A DNA stretch of 64,000 nucleotides from the human T2T-CHM13v2.0 reference genome, Homo sapiens. The notes under the pieces are model-generated. The model ran no database searches. It had not been told where the DNA came from and worked only from the letters and a program-made list of their open reading frames with translations. Positions 25,501 to 37,619 of this stretch are shown here, in pieces. A program made the position numbers and the translations under genes. The DNA lies in NCBI RefSeq assembly GCF_009914755.1, contig NC_060929.1; one strand, written 5' to 3'. The first letter of the stretch is position 1. Each line of letters starts with the position of its first letter.

Positions 25501-25632
25501 ATCGTCTCTGTATACCATGGGATCTTTTAAAAACTGTTTTTGCTACCTGCAATTCTTTTGGGAATTGGAAATGGTATATAAAGTCAGAAACAGCTGGCAC
25601 ACTTTCACCACCCCGCCCCAGCCTTTGGATGC

Positions 25633-26136
25633 TGTGATGGTTAATTTTATGTGTCAACTTGACTGGGTCATGGGGTGCCCAGACATTCTATGAAACATGA
25701 TTCTGGCTGTGTCTGTGAAGGTGTATCTGGATGAGATTCACATTTGAATCAGTGGACTGAGTAAAGTGGACTGGCCCTCTCCAATGTGGGTGGGCTGCAT
25801 CCAGTCCATTGAAAACGTGAATAGAACAAAAAGGCTAGGGAAGAGGGAGCTCCTCTTGCGTAACTGTGAGCTGGGGCATTGGTCTTTTCCTGCCTTCAGA
25901 CTGGAACTGAAAAATAGGCTCTTTTTGGGCCTTGAGCCTACCAAATCTTAGACTGGGATTTACACCATCGGTTCTCCTGGGTCTCCTGCTTGCTCAATCT
26001 CCATAGTCACATGAGCCACTTCCTTATAATAAATCTATTTATATATATATACACCTATATATACACATACACATCTATCTGTCTATATCTCCTAATATCT
26101 CCTTTTGGTTCTTTTTCTCTGGAGAACCCTAATACA
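25633..26136 (+). mobile_element. MLT2 (ERVL) solo LTR with perfect 5-bp TSD
   Basis: TG...CA ends (tgtgatggttaattttatgtgtcaacttgactgg...ggagaaccctaataca); TSD gatgc at 25628-25632 and 26137-26141. Confidence 0.92.
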
Positions 26137-27529
26137 GATGCCTTGCATCACAGAAATCCAACTGAAGCCTTCATTAACAGTAGAGATTTTTTTATGGGTC
26201 ATTTGGACACTAAGCATGCAATAAGCCAGTGTTTAAAACTAAATTTTAGAGGAATGTCCAACCTAAAAAAGCACTGCTGTGAAAATAAAATGGGAACTGA
26301 TGCAAAGCGTGGGATGTAGTGGGGAGGGAGAAGGGAACACAGAGGAGCGGTGTGCCCTCATGCCCCTGCAGAACCTTTCTGCATTATTGTTTTGTTGGCT
26401 CCTCTAATGCACCACATCCCTTTGCGCACACACGCTATCCCACAGTGCAAGCTCGAGAAGCCATCTGCATGGCTCACTCAGCATATCACCCACAGGTCTC
26501 CTCACCTAAATGAATCTAGGTAAGGATCTGAAAGAGACTGAACAAATGGTAGAAGGAAATGCTATTTTGGGGTCAGAACCTTCTTTGTAGTTCCTGTCTC
26601 TCATTTACAAGACAGGCTCCCCTGGCCCTCAAACTAGGCTCAGTGGGAATTAACTGTCATGAGCTGGATCCAGATCAGCCATTATTATATGTCCCATGGG
26701 AAGCAGACCTGAGACCTCACTCTGCTCTGCCAGGCCTCCCACCAGGCCACTGCTCCTGAAAATTAGCTATTTCATCATGACGAGCTGCCCAAAGCACAGG
26801 AGCTAAGGGATGACCTATGGGCCCAATTCATAATATTTATGTTCCTGCCACTTTGCTGCCCTGTATCTCCACTCAGTACCTTTGGCTGGCTGAATCAGAG
26901 ACCCCCCAGACACTGTGGGGATGGAAACTATAATTGCAATTGTCAGTGGTGAGCGGCTTTTATGGTGAGGGCTACATACCTACAATCCTCCTGCATTTCC
27001 CAGCTCCTTCCACCAGCTTCGGCCAAAATGCAGACTGACACTACCTCTTTAGATTAGGATAAGGCCAGTTTAATTCACTCCTTAAATGCATCAGCATTTA
27101 TTTTAAAGCCACATATCTCTCAGATCACAAGACACGAACCTGCTCCAAACCTATCACCAGATGCATTGTAAAAATTCACACAGAAAGCTAGAAGCAAAAA
27201 TTAAAAGTGAATGTGAATGCAAGGCTGATACTTAGGTATGTAACTTGCTTTAAGTTCTTGATAGTAAAAATATCCACTCATGCAACTCAACAAATACATA
27301 TTGACAAACTACTATGTGCCAGACATAGACTGAGATGAAGAGATGAGGCCATGCCTACATGAGCTCAATGTTCTAATGCACTCCACCAAACCTCTCTCAG
27401 TTTGCCAGGAAGGAGTTGTGTGAATCTTTGCAAAGATCTTCCCAGTCCCACATTCACCTTGATAATTATAGCTTTCATCTAAGGAAGTCACACAAGCCAA
27501 GCACTATTCAGCCATAGGTATTTTCAGCA

Positions 27530-27750
27530 TTCCATTTATTGAATACCTATTATATCAGGTAACTGTGATAAGTACTATGCACATTATACGATTTAATCCA
27601 CCTGACATCTCTGCAAGGTATGTATTTGTACTATTATTTTACAGGAGAAGGCCGGAGAGATGTTAAATGACTTTCCAAAAGCCATGTAATCAGCAAATGG
27701 TGGTGGAGCTAGGATTCAAATTCCTAGCCTAACTGAACTTCCTGGGCATC
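27530..27750 (-). mobile_element. MIR
   Basis: ccatttattgaatacctattatatcagg...aaatggtggtggagctaggattcaaattcc. Confidence 0.75.
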
Positions 27751-28120
27751 CACTGTGATTCCCAAGAGATTCAAAGGAGGCCTGCTCTTCACTCAGCTGT
27801 ACAGCAGTGTTCATGCTACCCTGTCTAAGGCCAAGGGACTGTTTGTTCCTCTGGGTGAGAAAAAGGAGCACCAATGTAACTGGCAAGGCTGCAGCCATAG
27901 GTCCCAGCCTTCCCTAAGTCTGCCTTGTCATCTCTCAAATAAGGAAGGTGAACAAAGGGATCCATAAGACGTCTTCCAACTCCAGAGTCTTCTGAACCCC
28001 TGCAACTGGAAGACTTGCCAAAGTGTGGCCAAGAAGACCTAACTCATTCCCAGGGCATGCAGCACCACAATCAGATCCTCACTAGGGCCCACAAGAGAGA
28101 AGATGACTCCAAAAGACCTG

Positions 28121-28534
28121 CGCATTGGGCCATTCTTGCATTGCTATAAACACCTGAGGCTGGATAATTTATGAAGAAAAGAAGTTTAATTGGCTCGTAG
28201 TTCTGCAGGCTGTATAAGCATGGTGCCGGCGTCTGCTCAGCTTCTGATGAGCCCTCTGGGGGCTTTTATTCATGAAGGAAGATGAGGCAGGAATAGGCAT
28301 GTCACATGGTGAGAGGGGAAGCAAGACAGAAAGAAAGGAGAGGTCCCAGACGCTTCTAAACAACCAGGTCTTGGTGAACTAACAGAACTCACTCATCACC
28401 GAGGGGATGGTGCTAAGCCACTGGGGAGGGATCCGCTCCCACGATCCAATCACCTCCCACCAGGCCCCATCTCCAACCCTGGGAATCACATTTCAACATG
28501 AGATTTGGAGGGGACAACAATCCAAAACATATCA
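28121..28534 (-). mobile_element. MSTA-type MaLR solo LTR with TSD
   Basis: gccattcttgcattgctataa...tccaatcacctcccaccaggcccc...catgagatttggaggggaca...catatca; TSD acctg at 28116-28120 and 28535-28539. Confidence 0.9.
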
Positions 28535-28659
28535 ACCTGCCGCAGCACATCCCAGGCAAACAGAACACTCCCCAGACCCATCATTGACCTTCAAGTTCCA
28601 CCCTGATTTCATCTGACTTGTTGAAATAGAGCCATTATTTACAGATTCAAGTTCTACTA

Positions 28660-29175
28660 ACCCAGATCACATCGCTCCCCCACATTCAAAGTAACACACA
28701 CACCTGAAAGCCAGTGATAGAAACTCCTCAGCAAGGCCTGCAAGGCCCCAGGTGGTCAGTGTGGCTTCTTTTCCCCTCTCTGGCCCTGCCTAGGCTCCCA
28801 CGTCCCAGCTCTCCACTCCAACCTCCCCAGGCACCCAGCTTTTCATGCTCTTTTCCTCCTGGGATCCCCACCCTTCCCTCTGTCTCGACACTCCCCCCCA
28901 GCCCTCTTCACAAGACTGTGCCCCTCCCTTTGACCTGAGCTCACAAGTTCCCTCTTGTGAGAGGGCTTCCTGCCCATTATTTAAGACTCCAGCCCTGTTT
29001 GGTGCCTCACAGTAATATCACAATTAGTAATTTTCCTGCTTAGGTTCATCGCTCATCTTCTCCCACCCCGAGAACTCTGTGTGCTTCATCCACCATCTGC
29101 GCTCTGCACCCAGCCCCCAACAGAGCACCTAGCACAAAACCAGCCGTCAGTAACACTTGCCTAATGCTTGAAAGA
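28660..29175 (+). mobile_element. L2 fragments
   Basis: cccagatcacatcgctcccc...aaactcctcagcaaggcctgcaaggccc...cagagcacctagcaca. Confidence 0.55.
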
Positions 29176-31499
29176 AACTGCTTTGCTTATCTCAACAGGC
29201 CCTGTATGATTACCACAGCGACTGGCTGGCCAGCACCATGGATGCTTCTCCACTTCTATGGGCTGGAGGAGGGGGATGTGCCACGTTTTGTGCAGATAGC
29301 AAAGGTTCTGCTCTGCAGGAGCTAAGGAATACATACAAAAGTGTTTTCAGATGATACAGTGTCATGCAAATAGAAAGCACTTTCATATATATGTATGTGT
29401 GTAGATACTACACTTGATCTTATCCAAAAGGCCGAGAAGCAACTGTGTGTGTGTAGAGAGGCAGACAGACAGATGTCTGCTGAAAAAATGCATATATAAC
29501 AAACGTTGAAATCATGGTCCAAGGCAAAATAGGCTAAGTGCAAAGTGAGTATCACAAATAATGAGTGCCGCAAAAATGAGGGAGAGTCCAAGAGGGAGAG
29601 ATGAGGTTACCCAGGGAAAATGGACTTCAGTCAAACTCTAAAAAGTGGCACAGATTGATAGATGTCAAAAGCCAGAGCAGCATAAGTGTGGCCCCAACCC
29701 ACTTCCATCAGTATCACCTGGGGTGTTGGTCAACTCCCTGCCTACTAGCAGAGCCCCAGAAGTTGGGCCTGGGAGTCTGTGGTTTTTATCACATGCTCAG
29801 GTGATTCTGATGCACATTAAAGAAAAGTCATCACTGAGCCCACCAGGCAAAAGGGCCTAAGTGTACAAAGCTGTGTAGGACAATAATTTGAGAGGACTAG
29901 GAAGCAACAGCTAGAAATACATGTTAAGGCTCGAGAGCTAGGTCTGGATTCTATAGGTAAAGGGAAGACACTGAAGGCTTTTGGATAAAGGAGTGACTTA
30001 GTGAACATGATGTCCTAGAAAGCTTGGGAAAAAGCTCAGGAGGGACTGGGAAAAGAGTTGAGGAGGAGGGAGCCAAGTCAGGAGGCCACAAGACCTCCAG
30101 CAGACACTGGGGCCCTCCCCAGGTTGAGACCCCCATGTTGGCCACCACTAGGGACCAATCAGGGACATGAAGTAGCCTCCCTGGTCTCATCCATGGACAT
30201 CTGCTCTGGTCTTCCTGATAAGTCCGGGCCTGAGGATGTTTTGATAAAAAAGAAACACACAGGATCTCAAGGCACAAGTGAGAAACTCTTATCTGCAGGC
30301 CAAGACAGTAAGAGATCCTTCAGAATTCAAGTGCTCAGGCACTGGTACTTGGCAAGGATGTGCTGTATGCCCGGCACCCAAGTTGCTGGAAACAAATAGT
30401 AACTGTAATCTGGTCAAAGCCGAGAATTTACATTTCTCAGGGACACTGAAATATGCACATTAAATCTATAAATACATAAAGATTTCTGGGAGCACTAAAT
30501 AGAAGTGTGAGATTTTTCCAAACAGATGTGTCTGTTTGTTGGGAGATGAATCTCAATGACCTCTACTACTACTTAACAAAAAAAAGAAAGACAAAAACAA
30601 TCATGAGTTGGAGGCTATATAAACATCATGTCCAATGCATCACTGTGAACATGAAGCAGGTTGGGTAGTTTCCATCTTGACAAGGGAGTTTAAAGGGTGC
30701 CCCGTCAGATCCCCATGGAGTCCTATTCTCTAGGGGTCTCTGCCAATGGAGGCATTCCTCTCTCCCTCCCTGTTTCTGCCTGGCTCTTGTGCTGTGAGCT
30801 GTACAAAATTCGCTGTCTTCACAAGAGTACACAGATTGCATGAGACAGACTTGCCTCAAAACAATGCAGATACATAACTTGAACTCCAGCTGACAAAGTG
30901 TATGAGGGTCCAAACAAGTTTCTTTTCTGCTGAGATTAATAGAAGAGGTGACTTTTCGAAAGCTTTCCTCTTTCAAATATATGAACAGGGTTCCAGCCAA
31001 AAGGAACTATATCATTTCCACCTGTCTGAAGGCAGACAGGCTGTAAACATTCCAACAAGATGTTTGGGGAGTCCTTTAAGCTCCGTGCAAGAAAGTAAAT
31101 GGTTTGAGAAAGGTCTCTCTAATTAGCTAGTGCAAACGGAGAGCAAAAATGTTTCAATTCCAGGAGTGTGGGAGGGTTTGGTCGCAGAACGCGTTCCCTG
31201 TGCTTCTTGCTCTGGTGCTCCACATTCTCTCCAAAGCAGACAATGTTTTTCTGGCCTTGTGGTTTCAAAAGATAACCTTCATGGTAAAAATCAATAGCTG
31301 TAACACAGTCTTCGGTTCAGAATGAAGCAATAACCCAGGCTCTAAGATGAGGTCCCCTGTTGAGGTCAGAGAGATGCTGACACAGATGCCTCATTTTCTC
31401 CTCACAGTCCTGCTAACATTTGTAATCGCTGCCCTCTTGCCCGAGGAGAAACACCTTTGCTGTTTTGCCTTTCTCTGACAGGAGAGATGCTCACAGCCT

Positions 31500-32170
31500 T
31501 CAGACTGTGGTTCCCAATGCAATGAAAACAGGTGGTACTGACCGATGGTATGATATTTGCACTTTGGTGTTGCACCCAAGGGCGTACCCGTCACTAAGGG
31601 GGATACCACTAGTGATGCTCAGAAAAAGAAGCCAAATGCCAAAAACTACCTGTGGAGAGATTTCACCCCTATGACATGTCCACAGACGGCACATTTACAG
31701 AGACAGAAGGCGGACCAGCAGTTGCCTGGGGTTAGGGTACAAGTGAGATCTCAGGAAATTTGGGAAGACAATGGAAATGTTCCCAAACTGGATTGTGGTA
31801 TAGTTGCAAAACTTGTAATTTTATTAAAATTCATCAACTGTATACTTAAAATGGGCTAATACTATGAAATTAAATTACACATCAATAAAACTGTAAAAGA
31901 GATGCATTCATTGAGTAGTTAATGATATGGGGAAATACAGGTTAAAAAACACAGAATACCAGGTATTAAATCATATGCTCCTGTTTTTTAAAAAATGTGC
32001 ATCAGCACACATTGGCTTCAGAGGAATAAGAGAAGGCAATATGCCAAAATGTTTATAGTAATTGTTCTTTATGTAGTGGAATGACAGGTGCTTTTCACTT
32101 TCTTCTCTATACTTCCTGTGTATTCCAAATTTTTATCATGAATATGCACTTGCTTTCATCATCAAAAATT
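31500..32170 (+). mobile_element. Two old L1M 3'-end fragments
   Basis: gatgctcagaaaaagaagcc...ggaaatgttcccaaactggattgtggt...caactgtatacttaaaatggg...caataaaactgt; then gccaaaatgtttatagtaattgttc. Confidence 0.7.
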
Positions 32171-32959
32171 GATGCTGTAATTTAGTAATGCACCTATGAA
32201 ATAATTGGCCAAGAGTACATAACTGAAGAGTTAATAGCCAAGTTTGAGACGACACTGCTTACGGCCTCTGCAATTGAGCAGACACTTAATGGCTATTATG
32301 AAACTCAGGGATCTGAAAGATTTAAGGCCTCCCTCTTCAAGTAAGCACACCTCCCTCCCCTCATCAGGCCCACTGTATGTGTCCCCAGAAAGGGTCAGGC
32401 CTTGCACAGGGAAAGCAAACGTTAATTAACTTGCATATTGCATGTGCACACACACCAGTCCCCTGTTAACACACTGGAACAAATTTCAGCATGTTCAAGT
32501 CAATCAAATACAGGTGACAGGAACTGAACTACATTATAAAGCATGAGCCCTGCGGTGCCCATCGCCAATCTAGAACACAGCCTATCTGTACAAATGCTTC
32601 TTTTTTTCCCCTGTGAGAAAGGCTCTTTATTTTCTTGGAATACACAGTCTTACCGTAACAGAGGACTCACAGACCCTAATGATTTTCTCTCCTTCAAAAT
32701 TAATATCACACACTGGCTCTCTAGGTACTTTACAGTACTTACAGAATTTTCTAAAATAATGAATACTCTGTACCATGCTAACACAGGAGTTTCTCCATCC
32801 TTGGTGTTAAGATTGAGGACAAGGGTCAGCTGAGGCCAATCCTGCAGTTTGCTGGTTTGGAGAAGGATCCTAAACTGAGCAGACGGCAAGTTTCCTTGAT
32901 TGCCTCAAGAGGAAAGCTTGAGGGTGGTATCCTTAGCTCATCAGCATTTTTCTACCATT

Positions 32960-33430
32960 GACCTGTGTCTATCATAGGGACAGGCCCTGCAGCCTGGTTT
33001 GCATTCCAGAACCCACCATCCCCTTTCAGATCACAGCTGCTGGAGCTGTGGGCAGCACAGCTGACCCAATTATTCTCTCCTCTGACCTCAGGAATGGGAA
33101 TTTACAGTACTATTGCTCTCCACTGTTAATCTTAAATAAGGCTCTATAAATTCCAGAGCTGTGGGACAGACATTTGCTGCCAATGTACCTGGTAAAGCAG
33201 GTAAATCCAGGCTCAGGAAAGAGCAGTGCAGAGCAGAAAGCAGAGAACAGAGAGAGAAGAGGCCAAGAGTTGCTTTCTTGGCCCCCTTAATTCTCTAGCT
33301 CCTGGTAACAGTCTCTGTGAGGTCAGCAATCAGGCTGCACAAACTACCCTCTCTGCCTCCTGATTACTGCTCCTTCTAGCCTGAATGAGTTTTTGTGACT
33401 TACATCCAAAGGAGGCTTGGATAAAGAACC
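32960..33430 (+). mobile_element. Old ERVL/MaLR-type LTR (LTR16/MLT1-like)
   Basis: Degenerate LTR features; 3' end tgagtttttgtgacttacatccaaaggaggcttggataaaga. Confidence 0.4.
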
Positions 33431-34693
33431 TACAAAATAAATTCCTCTCTGAAAATAGGAAATACTTCCCTGGGCTCTCTGCCTGGAGGCATTAGCAAAA
33501 TGACAGCCAGAGGAATTAAACATTTTTTTCAGGATTGGAGCCCAAGAGAGTTTCAAGTGCAAGTTTCAAAGAAAAGGGCTCCTAGGGCAGGTGTCCAGGC
33601 TGGAGACCCAGCAGAGCCTCCAGAGTGAATGATTCACCCAGTGGAGGTCAGAATGAGAGCTCCCCCAGGGCAAAGACCAGTGACACTGTCTCCCTTACTA
33701 ACCACTGTATCCCAAGCACCTAGAACAGTGCCTGGCACACAGTGGGATCTCAACTAGTACCTGCTGAATTAACTCATGGGTGTATAAATACTTGATGGGT
33801 AGCTACCTTTTGCAAAAAGTAATTCTAGGCACAGGCTCAAGAAGTTACATAAACCAAGGCAGAAGCAAAAAAGTACAGTGTATCTCCAGGGAGCAGGTAA
33901 CGACCCCATTTGGCAGATACATCAAGCCTATTTGCAGAGCTATAGGATGGGACTATGAGGGAGAAAGCTTTGCGTATCAGGCTAAAGAAGTAGTTTTGTC
34001 TGCAAGGGTGAACATCCTGCAGCTAACATTTCCAATGACCAAAACACATTTCCACTGGAGTTCCTTAAACACATACTTCCTATGCGGCCTTCTCACTCCA
34101 CCTCCTAGGTATCCCTACTGACCCAGGAGACTTGATGGCATCTTCCTTTCTGTATCATGTACCATGAAAATAATAAGTCTACTGAAGCTGTGGTCTACAG
34201 ACTTCACAACATCCTCCACTTCCGGACATTCTGACTAAAGACACCTAATAACTCAAGTTACAGGATCAGAGAGGCAGCATCAGCTTCAGCATCCATCGAG
34301 CTAAAGGCAAGGAGCAAGTATCAATTCACACTAAGACCAGAGATTCAACTCTCTCCATTTTTATAACAGCACGTATACAAGTGTATATATTCACATACAC
34401 ACAGAGAGAATTCAGTTTACAACTGCATCAAGCTCTGACCCTCCTAAACAAAGACGTTTTTGAGTTTCTCCTTGTCATTGAAGAAGCATTCATAAACATC
34501 TGATTCTCTTTCAAACAAGTATGTCCACAGGAGTGGGAGAGTGATTTGGTAGCAAGAATACACTCTGGCCACTAGACCTGAATGAGTTCTCATCGTGGCC
34601 TCTCCACTAATTAACAATATGATCTCGAAGGCATTTTACCTCCCTGAGTCTGTTTCTCTATCTGCAGATTGGGACTAGTGACACTCCTCTGTA

Positions 34694-35556
34694 TTATTTT
34701 TTTATTATTATTATTATACTTTAAGTTTTAGGGTACATGTGCACAACGTGCAGGTTACATATGTATACATGTGCCATGTTGGTGTGCTGCACCCAATAAC
34801 TCGTCATTTAGCATTAGGTATATCTCCTAATGCTATCCCTTCCCCCACCCCCACCCCACAACAGTCCCCAGCGTGTGATGTTCCCCTTCCTGTGACCATG
34901 TGTTCTCATTGTTCAATTCCCACCTATGAGTGAGAACATGCAGTGTTTGGTTTGTTGTCCTTGCGATAGTTTGCTGAGAATGATGGTTTCCAGCTTCATC
35001 CATGTCCCTACAAAGGACAGGAACTCATCCTTTTTTATGGCTGCATAGTATTCCATGGTGTATATGTGCCACATTTTCTTAATCCAGTCTATCATTGATG
35101 GACATTTGGGTTGGTTCCAAGTCTTTGCTATTGTGAATAGTGCCGCAATAAACACACGTGTACATGTGTCTTTATAGCAGCATGATTTATAATCCTTTGG
35201 GTATATACTCAGTAATGGGATGGCTGGGTCAAATGGTATTTCTAGTTCTAGATCCCTGAGGAATCGCCACACTGACTTCCACAATGGTTGAACTAGTTTA
35301 CAGTCCCACCAACAGTGTAAAAGTGTTCCTATTTCTCCACATCCTCTCCAGCACCTGTTGTTTCCTGACTTTTTAATGATCGCCATTCTAACTGGTGTGA
35401 GATGGTATCTCATTGTGGTTTTGATTTGCATTTCTCTGATGGCCAGTGATGATGAGCATTTTTTCATGTGTTTTTTGGCCGCATAAATGTCTTCTTTTGA
35501 GAAGTGTCTGTTCATATCCTTCGCCCACTTTTTGATGGGGTTGTTTGTTTTTTTCT
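34694..35556 (-). mobile_element. 5'-truncated L1PA (about L1PA4/5) inserted in a MIR
   Basis: ORF 34913..35515 is the L1 ORF2p C-terminus ([13 protein letters not shown]...[19 protein letters not shown]...LIGGN); 3'UTR ttatactttaagttttagggtacatgtgcac; MIR halves at ~34540-34690 and ~35560-35660. Confidence 0.96.
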
Positions 35557-35839
35557 AATGAACTGTATTGTTATTTCAAAGATTAAGTCAAGGAATGTGC
35601 ATCAAAGGGACTGTCAATGCCTGACATGTGGGAGGGACTCAATGAATGGTAACTATAATATTGCCACTGACTTAAGTTGTCACATCAGCATTAGCACATG
35701 GCCAGGGCACACATACCTGTCTGCTTTGTAATATAGTCAGAAGTGTACACCAGATTCTCCCCACACAGCACACATAACCCCAGCATACAGCCAGTGACCA
35801 GAGGACCAAAGAGATCTAAGGGAAGTAACAAGTTTTATA

Positions 35840-36368
35840 TCACAGCCACCAGCATCCATCTCCCTTTCTATAGGTTCCTTTGGGAAACCAGCTGTCCCCT
35901 ACATTTAGTCCCTGGCTTTGTGACTCTACCCCAGTTCCAGGATGGAGCATGTGACCCAAACCTAAGTCAACTAATGCACTGCATTTTCCTGGCCAAGGTG
36001 ATTGGTCCATGGATGGGCACATTTTCCTTGGACAGGGAAATGTAATGAGATACTTGCCAGAATGGCCGAAAGACATTTTCTACTAAATGTATATATAAAG
36101 GCCTTTAAGACTGGCCCTGCTGCAGCCAGCTCACCCCATGAGGACAGCCTGCCCAAGAACAGACCTAATGCACAGAGAACAGAGCTCAGAGATGGGAAGG
36201 GGGAACCCAGCTTCCAATGGCATTTATGAGCCTCCGCATCAAGCTAAACCTAAAACCAGAACTATCTCTTGAGTTCTTGGTAGTGTCTTAAAGCTCCTTT
36301 TTTTTTCAATCAGTTTTTTTTCAATCAGTATTCTGTCTCATTACACTGGAAGAGTCCAGACGGGTACA
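35840..36368 (+). mobile_element. MLT1J/K/L-like MaLR LTR
   Basis: ggagcatgtgacccaaacctaagtcaac...cctggccaaggtgattggtccatggatgggcac...gaagagtccagacgggtaca. Confidence 0.55.
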
Positions 36369-37275
36369 CATAGCAAGGGTGTTCATGGCTGATGAGAGGT
36401 TTTGGGGGAGCAAGCAGAGACACCCAGATAATGCTTGGTGAACCATGATTCTACTTCTAAGCCAGGAGCCCTGATTCACTGTAGACTATAGAAAAGATGC
36501 TCTGAAGAAGTGGCTGGGCCTGAAAGCAAATTGGAAGCCCCTGGGATGAGTGCTGCTAACCTGGGGACAGCACCCTCTAAGCCTGAGAGCCTGAGGTCTG
36601 CCCACGGGGTCCAGCTCAGGTGTGATGTGTGCTCCTGCACATGCCAGCTTCTGACTTCCTAGTCTTCTCATCCTTCCAGGTAGGTGGGAATGTGATATTT
36701 ACAAGGGCCATGTTCTCTAGAGCACGCTGTGGAAGTGCCTCATAAATTCTACTTTACTATTTCAAAGAAAAAAAAAACACTTGATTAAAACACACACCAG
36801 AAAAGGTAGACAGTTAGGGGCCTTTCAGTCTCCAGCTGTCATCACTGAAGGAGATCTTGATCCCGGTTTGTTTCAAGAAAGGGGAACTGGAACAGTTGGA
36901 TGACACGCCCTCTTCCACTGCACAGGTGCAATGCATCATTACCTGACACTGGCCGCCTGAACTTTTCTACTGAGCCCTTCCTTCTGACCCCTTCCTGGAA
37001 CTCCCCAATAAACAGGTCTTCACTGAGAGAGAATGCTGGATAATAATTAGTGCCACACTCTGAGGCTTCAGAACATCCAGGGCTGGCTGGATTCCTGACC
37101 CACCCTGCCACTTCCTAACTATGACCTAAAACAAGACATTTTACCTATCTGAGCCTTCAGTTCTGCACCTGTGAAATAAGAATAACTGTAGTACCCCTCA
37201 CCAGGTTGTAAGAATTAAGTGAGGAAGTCAGGGATGCAGTAGATCTTACTTCAGTTTTACTTGTAAGAAGGCTAA

Positions 37276-37619
<344 letters not shown>

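Noticed and set aside
34913-35515. 200-aa ORF with clear protein-like sequence
   Set aside because: It is the C-terminus of L1 ORF2p in a 5'-truncated L1PA, not a host gene
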